The notes: generated by a model not told the origin, from the sequence alone. Positions 1-11,479 are shown, counted from the whole stretch's first letter. The stretch: DNA of 63,450 nt, filler included, from Pelomyxa schiedti (GCA_020536535.1; 12 parts of 12 records of this genome joined end to end with filler, not necessarily neighbours in it); one strand, 5' to 3'. Translations and numbers: made by a program.

Positions 1-32
1 AAGTAATTAGGCCAACAAATACAAAAGCACAC

Positions 33-1106
33 CTCTTCAGAATGCAGCCTTTCTTCAAGGAGGTGTTCTTCAACTAGTTTTTCCAATGTACCCACTTGTT
101 GTTGCAGTGGAGGTATGTTCCTCCCATTGTTGCTCCCTGATGGGATCTCGGCTAGGCTCTTTGCAGCACCCCTGTGGCCAAGTTTGGCAGCCTTAACCAA
201 CCAATTGTGTGACTGCTCAACGTTGCAGTCAACACCAACACCATCCCTGAGACACACACCAAGGTGAAACATTGAAATTGAATCACCAGCGTCGGCACCC
301 ATCTGGTAATATCCAACAGCAGCTCTCTTGTCTGGTGGTGCTCCACAGTCTCCCCTTTCACAATACTCTCCAAGTTCCCCAAGTGCTTCTGGCTGCCCCG
401 CGAAATTGGATGCTACCTCCTTGAACAACTCACGAGCCTTTTTGGTGTTCAGTTGAACACCAATGCCCCTTTCATGACAATACCCAAGGAACACCTTGGC
501 CTTGCCACTACCAGAAAGCCCCGCAGCGGCGCCGTTGAGTAGTTGCACACCCTTTGCCACGTCCCTTCCCACGCCACACCCCCACAAGTAACACCACCCA
601 AGGTACGCCTGCGCAGGTCTGGCCTCACTGAGCTCTTGGAAGATCGCCACAGCCTTTGCCCAGTCCCTCTCCACGCCCTCGCCACGCAAATAACACACAC
701 CAATCCGCCATGTGTACCCCTTTGGCTTGGGGATCGAGGCGTAGATCGACGCAGCCCTCGGCTTGTCGCACTCCACACCCACGCCGTGCTGATAGCACCA
801 CCCGAGCTTAACCATCGCGCCACGGTCGCCCAAGTCGGCGGCCATGGTCCACGCCGACACCGCCTTGTGCACGTCGCAGATGGAACCACCATGACCAGTG
901 AGGGTGTCCTTGTAGTACTCGAACCCAACCAGGAACAGGCCACGGCCATCACGTGCAGTGGTGTACCAGCGCAGGGCCTCGTCGAGGTTCTGGGTCACCC
1001 CACGCTCTCCGAAGAGGTAACGCAGAGCCAGTTCACTCATTGCTTGGGTGTTGCCTGCGTCGGCCTGCCCGCGGAGGAAGTGGATGTCGGAGGGGCATGT
1101 TGCCAT
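33..1106 (-). CDS. Sel1-like repeat (SLR) protein, first exon; the gene continues past the window edge
   Basis: Manual translation from the ATG at 1106 gives MATCPSDIHFLRGQADAGNTQAMSELALRYLFGERGVTQNLDEALRWY...AADLGDRGAMVKLGWCYQHGVGVECDKPRA...LGYCHERGIGVQLNTKKARELF...SMFHLGVCLRDGVGVDCNVEQSHNWLVKAAKLGH. There are several LGxxYxxGxGV Sel1 motifs. The ORF is absent from the supplied track, probably because it has no stop in the window. Confidence 0.9.
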
Positions 1107-1169
1107 TTTTTATAACTTTTTCTTATGGTGTTGTTGTGACCGCAAGCCCCAACAAACTAATCACCATTG

Positions 1170-1390
1170 TTGGCTGCAATGTATGGTGGTGGTGTTGGCA
1201 ATACATCAGTTCCCTCGTTGAGAATGCCGACAGAGGCGACAGGGGGGGACTGGCCTGGTGTTACCACTACAGTAAACGTGGAGTGGACAAGGACCGGGAC
1301 AAGGCAATGCACCTGTACCGCGCCGTCCGCAACAGTCCAGGGTTGTCCTCGGTTGGGTGTCAGTTCTACAAGGGAATCGCGTGGCACATG
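1170..1390 (+). pseudogene. Sel1-repeat gene fragment, divergent from the 33-1106 gene
   Basis: ENADRGDRGGLAWCYHYSKRGVDKDRDKAMHLY...VGCQFYKG is about one Sel1 repeat, followed by a GTAAG donor. No clear start or continuation. Confidence 0.45.
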
Positions 1391-1522
1391 GTAAGCAACG
1401 AATTATTAATGAATACTAACATATTATATTTTCGGCAGACTGAGGCGGACATTTGGCTTCGAAAATGAGCAGAAACAAGGTGGTAAGAACAGTCACTGTT
1501 AGTCCTGCTGACATACTGTTAA

Positions 1523-2490
1523 CTAAACACAGGAAAAAAAAGAAACGAACCTGCTCGCTGGCTGAGATGCCACAACCGGAGTTTTCACGGCACCTGTTAC
1601 TGGGGGATCAACTATAGCTGGTTTAGTTTTGCTCTCTTTCAGCGTCAGATGGAACAACAATCGGTGTAAGGCCGTGTTCTGGTAAAAAAGTAAGTAAAGA
1701 AACAAGAAGTTTGTGAAACCGGCATCGATTTCCACCTGAGTCCTATCTCTTGATGGTGGGCAATTGGGATCAGAAAAGGAGTTCCCGATGTATGCATCCA
1801 TATCGAAAGTCGCATAATGTGGTGAATAAGGAGATGCCGGCTTACTGGGTGATACCTTTGCCTTAGCGGGTTGCTGGGGAGGTGTGTGTGGCTTCGACTG
1901 TGTTTGGGGTTGCGGTTTATTGGGCATCGGAGGTTGCACATGAACCTGTGGCAGTGACTGCGGTTGTGGCTGTGGGTGGCTCTGAATACGGCTGCAGCTC
2001 TGGTTGCAGTTGTCGCTTCGGGATGTGGGGCAGTGGCACAGTATCTAACTGAGGAAGTGGTGGCAGCGTGCTGCCAGCTGGTAATTTTTTGTTGCGGATC
2101 TGAACAGCAATGCCTTTTTGTATAGAACATTGAACTTCAGCACCGGGCAATGGGGGTATCTTGAAGCCGTGAGTGAGGTTTGAATGAATGAAGTACCGAG
2201 CCAGTAAATCAAATAACTTCTCCTGGGTGGCCACATCCAAATCTTTGTAAAGTTGTATGTATTCATGGGCAAGCTTTTCCGATTTTATTCTAATGTTTTG
2301 GACCACAGGGGATTCAATTACTTCCTAAATCCAGCTTTTCAATAAAAACGAAGAAACAAACACAAACCTTCCATGGTTTCACTGCTGACTGACTTCGCAG
2401 CAGGGTTCTGAACTGCAGGATAGCGTAGGTGGTAAATAATTCTGGCTTTGCAAAGGTAGTTGGCTTCAGTGCTGTTCTCTGCAAAACAGC
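1523..2490 (-). CDS. Hypothetical multi-exon protein with Pro/Gln-rich region
   Basis: ORFs 1917..2306 and 1523..1939 plus an upstream exon (~2370-2490) flanked by GT/AG. No recognisable domain. Confidence 0.4.
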
Positions 2491-3191
2491 TCAGTTCAAG
2501 CCACGTCAAATAAAAAAAAGGAAAGTGATGTTGGTGGCTCGAGTAACTTGGGGTGCACTGATAGGATAGGGGGCATTGCTGTGTTATTTTTTTTTTTTGT
2601 TTGTTAATTATGAAGCGTTTGGAGACTTGTCTGAATTTTCTTCTGTGATTTGCAGATCAGATAGAGGTGACAACATTCTCCAATTCAGTAGGAATACACC
2701 CCCTTGGCACAGACCACATTTGTGTGAAACGGAGCCACCGCAGCCTTGATGTGTTTACCACAAAAAACCTAGGCACACCCATCAAGAGCATCCATCAGCC
2801 AACACAATGGGAACAAAGTGATGTCGTGCAGCTTTCATGACCAAATTCAAACTTGAATTCCGCGATGCAGAATGATCACCCCAAAACAAAAGAAACAGGG
2901 GCCCCACGCAGAAACATCGAAGCATGAGCGGCCACCAAGCAGAGAAAAACCAAACGGCAGCTGTTCCTGCTGAGTCTTATGGTGCTGCTGCAAGATACAG
3001 GGATGAGCCCGATGATGAAAGTATGCCGTTGAAGATGCCGCCCTACCCTTTTTTTCTCACCATTTCGCTTGCTTCCCCCTTGCAACAACCAGTCGACTCC
3101 GTTTCAGACGGGGAGTACAAGCCACTGCAACATCGTCACAGCGCCGTGCGTGATCCCGATACCAGTGATGATGATGCCACGGGGTCCACCA

Positions 3192-3291
3192 NNNNNNNNN
3201 NNNNNNNNNNNNNNNNNNNNNNNNNNNNNNNNNNNTTAATTAATTAANNNNNNNNNNNNNNNNNNNNNNNNNNNNNNNNNNNNNNNNNNNN
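3192..3291. other. Artificial contig linker N44-TTAATTAATTAA-N44 (also at 7613, 10353, 12830, 15022, 19283, 48048, 51135, 53466, 55122, 61756)
   Basis: Identical 100-nt spacer with stop codons in all six frames, repeated 11 times. Sequences on either side are not necessarily adjacent in the genome. Confidence 0.98.
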
Positions 3292-3716
3292 GCAGCATTA
3301 ACGTGTGGATAGTGTGGATAGTGCACAGTTTCCATCCAAGTCCTTTCAGTGCATACCTTTATGAGCTTGAGGAAGGCTCCTGCCTGTCAGGCTGTCTCCC
3401 ACCCCTTTACTTCCTGGAGCACTTTTCCTCTGTGTCTCAAATAAGCAAGTCAGTATTTTGTGTGAAATCACTGGCATCACAGAGCCTGGTATTCTATGAT
3501 TGCAATGAACCACATAAACCACTGAGGGTGGTTAAGTGGGCCCCACAAATCCACAAAGTAGTTGGTGCACCAAGGTTTGTGATCCTCTCAACAAGAAATG
3601 AGATAAATGTTGCTGAGGCTGCCTGCAGCAATCCCACTGTTGTTCTCACAGTTAACACTTCCCCATTGGCAGTTCAAACTACTGTTACAATTAAAGGCAT
3701 CACCTCCTTCTGTTGA
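3292..3716 (+). CDS. C-terminal part of a lineage-specific protein, paralog of 3938-5329
   Basis: YELEEG...SVSQISKSVFCVK...YDCNEPHKPLRVV...VAEAACSNPTVVLTV aligns by eye with YEVEEG...TVCQITRSLFCIK...VDCNDTTTPLRVV...VMEAASNSVVLTV in the next gene. Confidence 0.75.
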
Positions 3717-3937
3717 GCAACTGGGGCATGTGCCTTTGCATAATTCCACTCAGTAGTTCTTTTGAATTTTGAAATTGTTGTGGTAAGGTTTGTCTTGGCA
3801 CATTCAGTTGTGGTAGTGAAGATCACCACGACCTTTGGCACTTTTCTATGTTGCGTTATTAACATCACCACTACCTTTGGCACTTTTCTATGTGATGTGT
3901 ATGCAGATTTTAATTTTTTGATTGCAGATTTCCATCA

Positions 3938-5329
3938 ATGAACAGCACTACAGTGTTTGGCCACCCCCTCATCGTTGAAGCCAAATCGCATTCCTATGAC
4001 CAGTTTCGCGCCCTGCTGATGTCATCACACCCTCGTTGTGGTGCTCAAAGCCCTGCAAGAGTCTTGTTCGCCATCCCACAATTTGCTGTTACCTCAACAT
4101 CCTCAACATCAACAACAACCTCCACAACACCAAGACCGACGACGTCGTCACCATCGTCGAACGCCGATTCCGTAGGCGTGCCAGGCTCGCCTTTCCTGCT
4201 TCAGGCCATGTGGGAGTTCCTCAATTGTGGGAGTGGTGGCGCCGGGTTCGGCGTCACAATTGGCGTTCGAAACAACGAGGGGGTGCTTCTGGGCCGCTGT
4301 GTCTTGCGCTTCGGCGTGTCGCCGCTCCTTCTCGGCGCCACCCAGCCACCTCCCATAATCCAGCAGAGCGTGTGGGGCGACCGGTGGATCGACGCGACGC
4401 GGTTCATAAGGCACTGCACCGTCCCGCCCACGAGCGGGTCTCCACCACCAAGCCGCGAGAAGGAGAGGTACTTCATGGTCGATGCAGGAGTGACCGGGAA
4501 GGAGTGGGACGTGCACTGGCGCGATGTGGTGATGTCCGACAGGCTGTGGGATGCCAACAGGAGGTGGTGGGTGTCTGTGCAGGGGAGGAAGATGACTGTG
4601 ATTGACCTGCTGAGGGTCTCTGCTGATGATGGTGGTGTGGATTGCACTGCGGCATCGAGGCACAGTGTTGTGGTTGGCATCCCAACGAGCTCAGGGAGGA
4701 GTATCGTTGAGGAGGTGGAGGTGAGCAAGATGGATCCTGAGTGGGCGTTGATCAGAAGCAAGTGTGAGGGGGAATCAACAAACACGCTGTTTGAGGTGGT
4801 GGATGTGGCTCAGACACATCGAAGTGGTGCATACACTGTGCTGAGCTCAACTTGTTGTTCGTTTCCATTCAGAGGAATTGAACAGTTCCTGATGAGGAGG
4901 AACAACAAGGGCGGAATCAGCAGCAATGTGTGGATTGTCAAGAATACCAGAAATGGACCAAGGACTCCTCCCACTCTGTATGAAGTTGAGGAAGGCATCA
5001 ACGGAGCACCCTCTGTTACAACTTCCATCTGCAACCTGGACCCTCACGCCACGGTTTGTCAGATAACCAGGTCACTGTTCTGCATCAAGCCTCCCACTTC
5101 ATTGAGCATTACAGTGGTTGACTGCAATGACACAACAACACCACTGAGAGTTGTTTCACTGGAATCACAGTCCACAAGGGTGTTTGGTGGATCAGGTTTT
5201 CTGATACTCTCCTCTGGTAATGAGGTCAAGGTGATGGAAGCTGCCTCTAATTCTGTTGTTCTGACAGTACATTCCAAATCACCAGGCTCATCACTTGAGA
5301 TTGAGAGTGTGGCACCCTTTGCACAATGA
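3938..5329 (+). CDS. Intronless lineage-specific protein (463 aa) with N-terminal DQFxALL...PRCG..SPARVL motif and probable beta-propeller-like C-terminus
   Basis: Long clean ORF. The N-terminal motif is shared with 55355-56512 (DQFVALGCLLVPRCGASSAGRVL). Confidence 0.85.
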   Translation: MNSTTVFGHPLIVEAKSHSYDQFRALLMSSHPRCGAQSPARVLFAIPQFAVTSTSSTSTTTSTTPRPTTSSPSSNADSVGVPGSPFLLQAMWEFLNCGSGGAGFGVTIGVRNNEGVLLGRCVLRFGVSPLLLGATQPPPIIQQSVWGDRWIDATRFIRHCTVPPTSGSPPPSREKERYFMVDAGVTGKEWDVHWRDVVMSDRLWDANRRWWVSVQGRKMTVIDLLRVSADDGGVDCTAASRHSVVVGIPTSSGRSIVEEVEVSKMDPEWALIRSKCEGESTNTLFEVVDVAQTHRSGAYTVLSSTCCSFPFRGIEQFLMRRNNKGGISSNVWIVKNTRNGPRTPPTLYEVEEGINGAPSVTTSICNLDPHATVCQITRSLFCIKPPTSLSITVVDCNDTTTPLRVVSLESQSTRVFGGSGFLILSSGNEVKVMEAASNSVVLTVHSKSPGSSLEIESVAPFAQ

Positions 5330-5741
5330 TGGCAATCTTCCACTGTGCTGTCATCACACCCATCTAATATAAATGTTAGAATTGACAAACATGCTTTTTC
5401 TCCATGGTTTTCTTACTTGAATTAAAAGGTGTTGGTCATACAACTGGATCTCTTGAATCTAGCTGAGTTTCTGGGTTTCTGTCTCTCACCACTGAGATTT
5501 CCTTGGTTCTTCCCCTTGGCCAGAGTTTCCTTTGATTTTTTTTGGAATGCTTTTACTTAAGGAACCCAATGAGTAGGATTGCGCAACAAGTTTCAACAAA
5601 CATTGCAATGGGCAAAAACCAGGATATGAACAAGGGATTCCCTTCATGTCCTTAAGTCGAGGAAGGCTCCATGACGTTTGATGCATCTACACCAATCCAC
5701 ACAGAATGTTTTCAGAAGATCAAGCATCCATAAACGTGATA

Positions 5742-6191
5742 ATGGGAGGTGCGCAACCACAACGTGGTACAGGTGCCACACTGGGGACCACCGACGACGA
5801 CGACTACTACGATCACAGTGTGAGTGGTGGGCACACGGAGCCGCACAGCCCCCCCATCGTCGACACTCCCTCGTCCTCACCGGCGTCGCCGCCCCCCGTG
5901 TGCGTGTTTTGCATGCAGCCCGCCGCCGACGCCAGGCTTCTGCGGTGCTCGCGGGTCGGACGCGGCTGGGGGCTCTGCGCCGTCCCTGCTCCTGCCCCTG
6001 CCCCTGCTGCCGCGCCGGACTCGGCCGAGCTCGCTCCTCCTCCTCGTGAAGTGCCAGTGTCAGTGGAAAGCATTGGGTGCGGGCCCGAGTTGGTGTCGAG
6101 GGTGGGCGTCGACGGGGGAGTTGCCAAACAGTATTATGGGCGCGAGAACACAGACAAGTATGCGCTGGGGTTGGGTACTACTACTGAATTA

Positions 6192-6224
<33 letters not shown>

Positions 6225-7612
6225 GTATAGAAGAGAAAATAGGTTTCATCTTATATAATATACTACAATGGGTAGCTAATGCTTGCGCGCAGGTGGATGT
6301 GGCATCTGGGGTGTGGGCGGTGCGTGGCAAGGGCCTTAAGGGAAGCTGTGGCACGCAACCAGCAGCGGGGAGATGGCGATAGGGTGGTATGTATGTATTT
6401 GTGGAATGCATGTGCGTATGTATGTGTATGTGTATGCATGGATGCTTAGTGTTGAATGCTTAGCTAATTAAGTATTGGTGCTGCTTGTGTATTGCGTGAG
6501 TGCGTGTTTTCGATTGATTGTATTCCTTAGTATACCAGTATAGAGTGCCCTTTGTGTGGGGAATACACCAATTTCCTAACTGGAGAAGGACCGGACAAGT
6601 TGTTGGTAATTGTAGCTTTTCTCTTTTTTTTCCCCTCTTGTAACCAATCTATAGAGAGTAAACTGTGGCATTTGTCAAAATCGGCCATTCAGTGTTTTTT
6701 GCTGCGATTGCCAGGGAATGTATTGTGACAATACCGCTTGTATCTCCAGTGCACACTCGAGTCCCACGTGTCATCAGGTAAGGTTTTCCAGCAAAAGAAA
6801 ACCGCCTGACCATACACAAAGGCCCACGCGATACAGGTTGCGGACAAAAGCTCATGGAGCTCCGTACCCTTCAGTTTCCTCCCCACTCCATTGAGTGTCT
6901 TCTAACAGAAAATGTAAACTTCCTTTAGTCAAGGCATCCCTGATAGGAACTGCCGCTGTTTCAGTCAGTGTGAAAATAAAAGTACTTTTCGTATCGTCTC
7001 TTGTAGACCTCACAGCGTGCAGTTTTCATATTGTGCATGGTTGCTTGCTTAGTTCCCATTATGTGACTAATTCTGGGTCAGGCCCAAGAGGTGACAAAGA
7101 AGGTGACATCATCGCGGCCAGAGAATCACTTGGTACTTGCACTATCCTTTACACACCAACCCACTCCGGACCTCATTCTCTTTTCTGTGGATCAACTCTA
7201 GCTCTTGACTTCTTTGTGCACGGTATTACTTGAGTTACTTTCAAATATTTCTCACCACAATAAGAGCAGGCTGACAGCTTTTCTCTGGAAACTTTGCAAG
7301 CCCTTTCATATTACAACCTTAAGTTGGTACAGACAAATTGCCAATCAATGCTTTCTAAAAGTACGGATCCAACCAGCACATTCAAGAATGCAACCGCGCT
7401 TTCATACTTGATGCTGAGATATGTGTTTATATATGAGCCGGGCCTTTTCCCTACCCCATCATACTCTGTCTATCCGTGGGAGTCACTGCTCGATGACTCT
7501 CGGCAGTGCACCTCCGAGGCACACAAGTTCCTGAAGGACATTCTGCACCAGGCTTCTTGCTCCCCTGCACCATCACTATCATCCATTGCACACTTCCTGT
7601 CTGGAGTTTGCC
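5742..7612 (+). CDS. TRIM-like protein: RING (with long insert) + B-box + possible filamin/Ig domain; 3' incomplete
   Basis: Spliced reading gives VCVFC ... WHLGCGRC (~6290-6325) ... ECPLC (~6545), then CGICQNRPFSVFCCDCQGMYCDNTACISSAH (B-box, ~6660-6755), then GTCTILYTPTHSGPHSL (filamin-like, ~7130-7185). Confidence 0.6.
6189..6219. repeat. (TAT)n microsatellite, intronic
   Basis: About 10 TAT units just after a GT donor at ~6175. Confidence 0.8.
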
Positions 7613-7712
7613 NNNNNNNNNNNNNNNNNNNNNNNNNNNNNNNNNNNNNNNNNNNNTTAATTAATTAANNNNNNNNNNNNNNNNNNNNNNNNNNNNNNNN
7701 NNNNNNNNNNNN

Positions 7713-7981
7713 ACTCGATCACAGCGCTGTGGTACGCAATACAAGGAACCGGAGGCACAATATCAGCATCCACATGCACCTCCCAGACCGTGTTTGACAC
7801 CATTCTATCAGTGTTCTCATCATGCAACGGAACGGTGGAATCATGCGTGGCGTACAATGACAACGGGAAGTACTGTGGAGGAACATCACTCGTGACATGG
7901 ACCAGCTACAAAGGCACCGAATACTTCCTGCAAGCTGCCGGCATGAATGGAGCAAAAGGAATGTTTGAAGTCACCCTTTCG
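7713..7981 (+). CDS. Exon encoding a PPC-like beta-sandwich module of a secreted/surface protein; 5' incomplete
   Basis: LWYAIQGTGGTISASTCTSQTVFDTILSVFSSCNGTVESCVAYNDNGKYCGGTSLVTWTSYKGTEYFLQAAG matches the WY...ASTC...FDT.LSV...CVA.ND...S.V.W....G..Y pattern. Ends at a GTAAT donor. Confidence 0.55.
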
Positions 7982-9054
7982 GTAATCTTCTTCCCCTCCA
8001 AACACAACTTTCTTCATTGACATTTAAAAAAGATGTAACATAGTGACATGCTTAACATTAATTATTTGTGAAGTTTGAAGTTTCAATGTACTTTCGATAC
8101 TTCTTTCCCATCACCTTTTGTTTGCAGAGAATTCGCAGCGGAGGTGGTTGTGGTGGTTGGGAGCTATTTGCGGCATTGAACCGGAAGTTTCCGAAACACT
8201 GGCAGCATGCGTAATCGTCATCATCTGTTGACAGGATTAGTGGGAAGTGGTAAGATTCATGCATACAACCTCCAGTAAGTGTTCTGCCAAGTGCGGGAAT
8301 GCTCACTATGCACGTTTGCGGAACTCGTCCAAAGCTACGGATTATATTGGTTTTACCCTACGATGGAGAAAACTACTGGATTGAGTGAGGAACACCTATG
8401 TTTTGGTTGAACTGTGCATACTGATTGGCTTCAAAGCCAATTTCCACCTCAGACTTATCACAGAATCGGTTTTATCAAGCCTAATTGTTAGTCAATTCAA
8501 TTTAAAAGTAGTGATTACATGAATCGAGGCAGTGAAACTAGGATTTACATAAATTCGCCAAGCAATGAAATTACTCAGAATTTCAGTCGTTTTAAAATCG
8601 ACCTATTGTTTGAATTAGAAGAAAGAGCTCAGAGGAAGCATAAACATAAACCTGCATTTCTGGCACCCACTGGCAGCATGCATCTTTGCATCAGGATTAG
8701 TGCGGAAACGATTGGAATCCTGCCTTACACATCTGACAAGCACGGCAATGCTAGATATGCGCAATTGCAGCTCCGGAAATCGTGAAATCCAGAGCTACGT
8801 AAAGCAGGATCAGTGCCAACTCTATTTACAATAGTTTTTGTGTACAGTTCGGTTGTATTTATTGTTTTATTGGCTCGCATTTTTGCTGTTGTATTGCGCC
8901 GAGGAACACTCACCTGGTATTTTGTTCCGCACACTGAGCAGCAAACCTACGTGCCAATTCCCACTCTAAACCGATTCTGTGATGATGATAGAGTGGGAAT
9001 TGAGGTGTGTCTGTGTCTGGATATTTATTTCAAAATAGAAAAGGGCCGCTGTAG

Positions 9055-10159
9055 GGGATGCTAAGCCCGTCTTATTTGTTGAATCAAGGCGAGCGGATGC
9101 CGCTGTCGTGCCTATTATCGGCAGCATTGTGACTGCCAGAGTGCGGCGTCTAATATTTTCAAATTTAATTGGCCACAATCAGATCACAAAAATACAACCA
9201 TTACGAGCAGTAGCCAGTATCCTGTGTGTGGCCGATAAACCTCTTCGCGAGAATTATGCTGGAATAATAAGGTATAAATGGCTACGGCAAGCAGTGCTGT
9301 GAAAAACCCGCCCATCGGGGATTTTCCCCGATGGGAGGTTTTTGGGAGGGGAGAAATCGGGGAGAAAGATTCTCGCTCAGTCTTTTTGTTGATCATCGAT
9401 CTCTAAATCGGAGTGATCATCGTTGTTTCTCAGGAAGAAACTAATAACCGAACGATCGAGAGATCATACCGAGCAACATGCTGCAGTTGATGTTGCAGCC
9501 ACTGAGGCAGACTGTGAGCGTATTTTCTCTTGGGAGGGATACATTCATAACAAACGAAGCAATGCTTTAAAACCAGCTTTGGTGGAAAAGATGGTCTTCA
9601 TTCACACAAACTTTGAGAAACTGTTTGCAGGTCCCCACATTCCCCCCTCCCAGGTTGAAGAGGTTGAATATGACGCTGAGGAACCCGAACCTAATAAAAC
9701 ATAAACAATTTGAACCTCGATCGAGAACAACGCAAAATCGATAACAAGGTTCGGGAGTGATCAATCTCATCAGATTGAAGACTCAGACTGTTAGTAGATC
9801 TCCCAAATCACTCCCAAAATTCACCCAAACCCTCCCATCGGGGAACTCTCCCAAAACACTCCCCGGGGGCATTTCCCAAATGGGAGAAAACAGCACTGAC
9901 GGCAAGTCCGACCGCACATATTTAATTGACTTCACCAAAGTATGCAAGATGTTCGAGCAACAGAAATTGATAAAGTAGAAATAGCCAAAGTTTTCAAACC
10001 TGGGGACATTGTCCTCACTGAAGTGGTGTGCTCTTCCTTGTTTAACAAAACAACAACACCTCACTTATCAACTGTTAGATTTCCCTTGGAGACGCACGAT
10101 CCTACTACCTTTCAACAGCCAAAAAAGGCCTGGGTGTTGTATCACCGCAGTCGTCCTGA
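9055..10159 (+). CDS. CSL4: Exosome cap subunit Csl4/EXOSC1 (S1-domain region; apparently partial)
   Basis: Exons read VVPIIGSIVTAR / ITKIQPLRAVASILCVADKPLRENYAGII / MQDVRATEIDKVEIAKVFKPGDIVLTEV / ISLGDARSYYLSTAKKGLGVV. DVRATE.DKV, F.PGDIV and ISLGD...Y.LSTA are Csl4 signatures. Confidence 0.85.
9292..9898 (+). mobile_element. Non-autonomous hAT DNA transposon (607 bp) with transposase C-terminal remnant
   Basis: TIRs CAGTGCTGT...ACAGCACTG; perfect 8-bp TSD ACGGCAAG at 9284-9291 and 9899-9906; subterminal GGGAG/CTCCC repeats; internal ATEADCERIFSWEGYIHNKRSNALKPALVEKMVFIHTN, the hAT dimerisation motif. Confidence 0.95.
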
Positions 10160-10799
10160 GATTGATATCAATTCCCATGTAGATCTTACTGAGATTCGTT
10201 CCCAACTGCTGTCCTGTGGTTGCCCTTGTGGGGTTCCAGAACAGAATTTGATTTCTGTTGAAAATTGTTCCGTTGTTTGGTTGTTTCCGCAATCAATCTT
10301 CGAAAACAAAGTTCGCAATGAGTACGTCGGGGGCAACGGATGGTGACAGCGGNNNNNNNNNNNNNNNNNNNNNNNNNNNNNNNNNNNNNNNNNNNNTTAA
10401 TTAATTAANNNNNNNNNNNNNNNNNNNNNNNNNNNNNNNNNNNNNNNNNNNNAATAGAGGGAGGGAATGAAGAGGTGAAGGGAGTCAAGGAGAAGCCGAG
10501 GAGTGGTCTGTTGCAGGAAAACCTGTGCTGACTGGTGTCAGCTCATGTGTTCCACTGATGGCAGTGGGTGGAATGGGAGGTATCCCACTGCATCCTCACC
10601 AGCTCCTTTTTTTCCTGTTGCATGCGATTCCTCAGGGTTTGCCTGTGAAGGAGAAAAGTGAACCTAATTATCAGAGGAAGGAGGAAGCAAGACAAACCTT
10701 TGAACTGCCGAGTTATTCCACATGCATCTGGAACTGCAACCAATCTTCAGGTTTTGATTGCCTCCGCAGAGAGCCACACAAGCCATCGACTCCATCAGG

Positions 10800-11050
10800 A
10801 AGGAACATTTCGGCACCCACAAAGGCGGCAGCGTGTGCTGCCGAGGGCCACATAGTGAACTTGTGATCCAGAATCCTCTCCAGCAATGTGTGCATGCACG
10901 GGAATGATTTCAGCTGGTAACCAAGCTCAATTGGTTTGGTCCTGACCTCTTCTTCTGTCTGGAAGAGGTTGATACTGGCACCACACAGAAATCTCCAGAG
11001 ACACATCCAATAGCCCAAACATCAGTCTTCACGATATTATACAAAGCCCT
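10800..11050 (-). pseudogene. Degenerate protein-kinase C-lobe fragment
   Basis: KTDVWAIGC (subdomain IX) continues only after a frameshift into LWRFLCG...LLERILDHKFTMWPSA (subdomain XI-like). Confidence 0.55.
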
Positions 11051-11479
11051 GTGAGAGGAGAAAGGTATTAGTTTTACCTGTGGTAACCTCAAGATGAACC
11101 TTTGAACTACAGTGGCACCACCTGTGTTCAGCTCTTTTCTTGCTGACGAGGCCTGGGTGCCAATTGTCTCTTTGTTTACGGATTTATCATGTACATGATT
11201 GTGAGAAGGAGTCCTGTGGCAAGTGCTTGAGCAACAAATATGATTACTGCCAGTGTATGTGTGCCGGAATCAGGACAAGTTGATACTGACATGAAACTAA
11301 GCAATACATGAGAAAAATAGGAGTAACGGTACTATACCCTGTCCCCACTATGAAACATGCGGCCATCTTAATATTGCATTAGAAAACCATAGAAGGAAAC
11401 AAATACACACAGAGTACGACAACAATTTGAGGGAACACTAAGAGCCACCCCCTGTGCAGGGAAAAAAAAAAAGCAACAG

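Noticed and set aside
449-1115. ORFs 449..952(-) and 543..1115(+)
   Set aside because: Alternative-frame and antisense shadows of the Sel1 gene.
3192-3291. Recurrent palindrome TTAATTAATTAA in N-runs
   Set aside because: Artificial six-frame-stop linker for contig concatenation. ORFs ending in X...LIN are artefacts and cross-linker synteny is meaningless.
3824-3891. Short direct repeat TCACCAC.ACCTTTGGCACTTTTCTATG x2
   Set aside because: Two-copy local slippage duplication in an intergenic region; no further structure.
6181-6230. Poly-Tyr/poly-Ile/poly-Asn tracts
   Set aside because: Translation of an intronic (TAT)n microsatellite.
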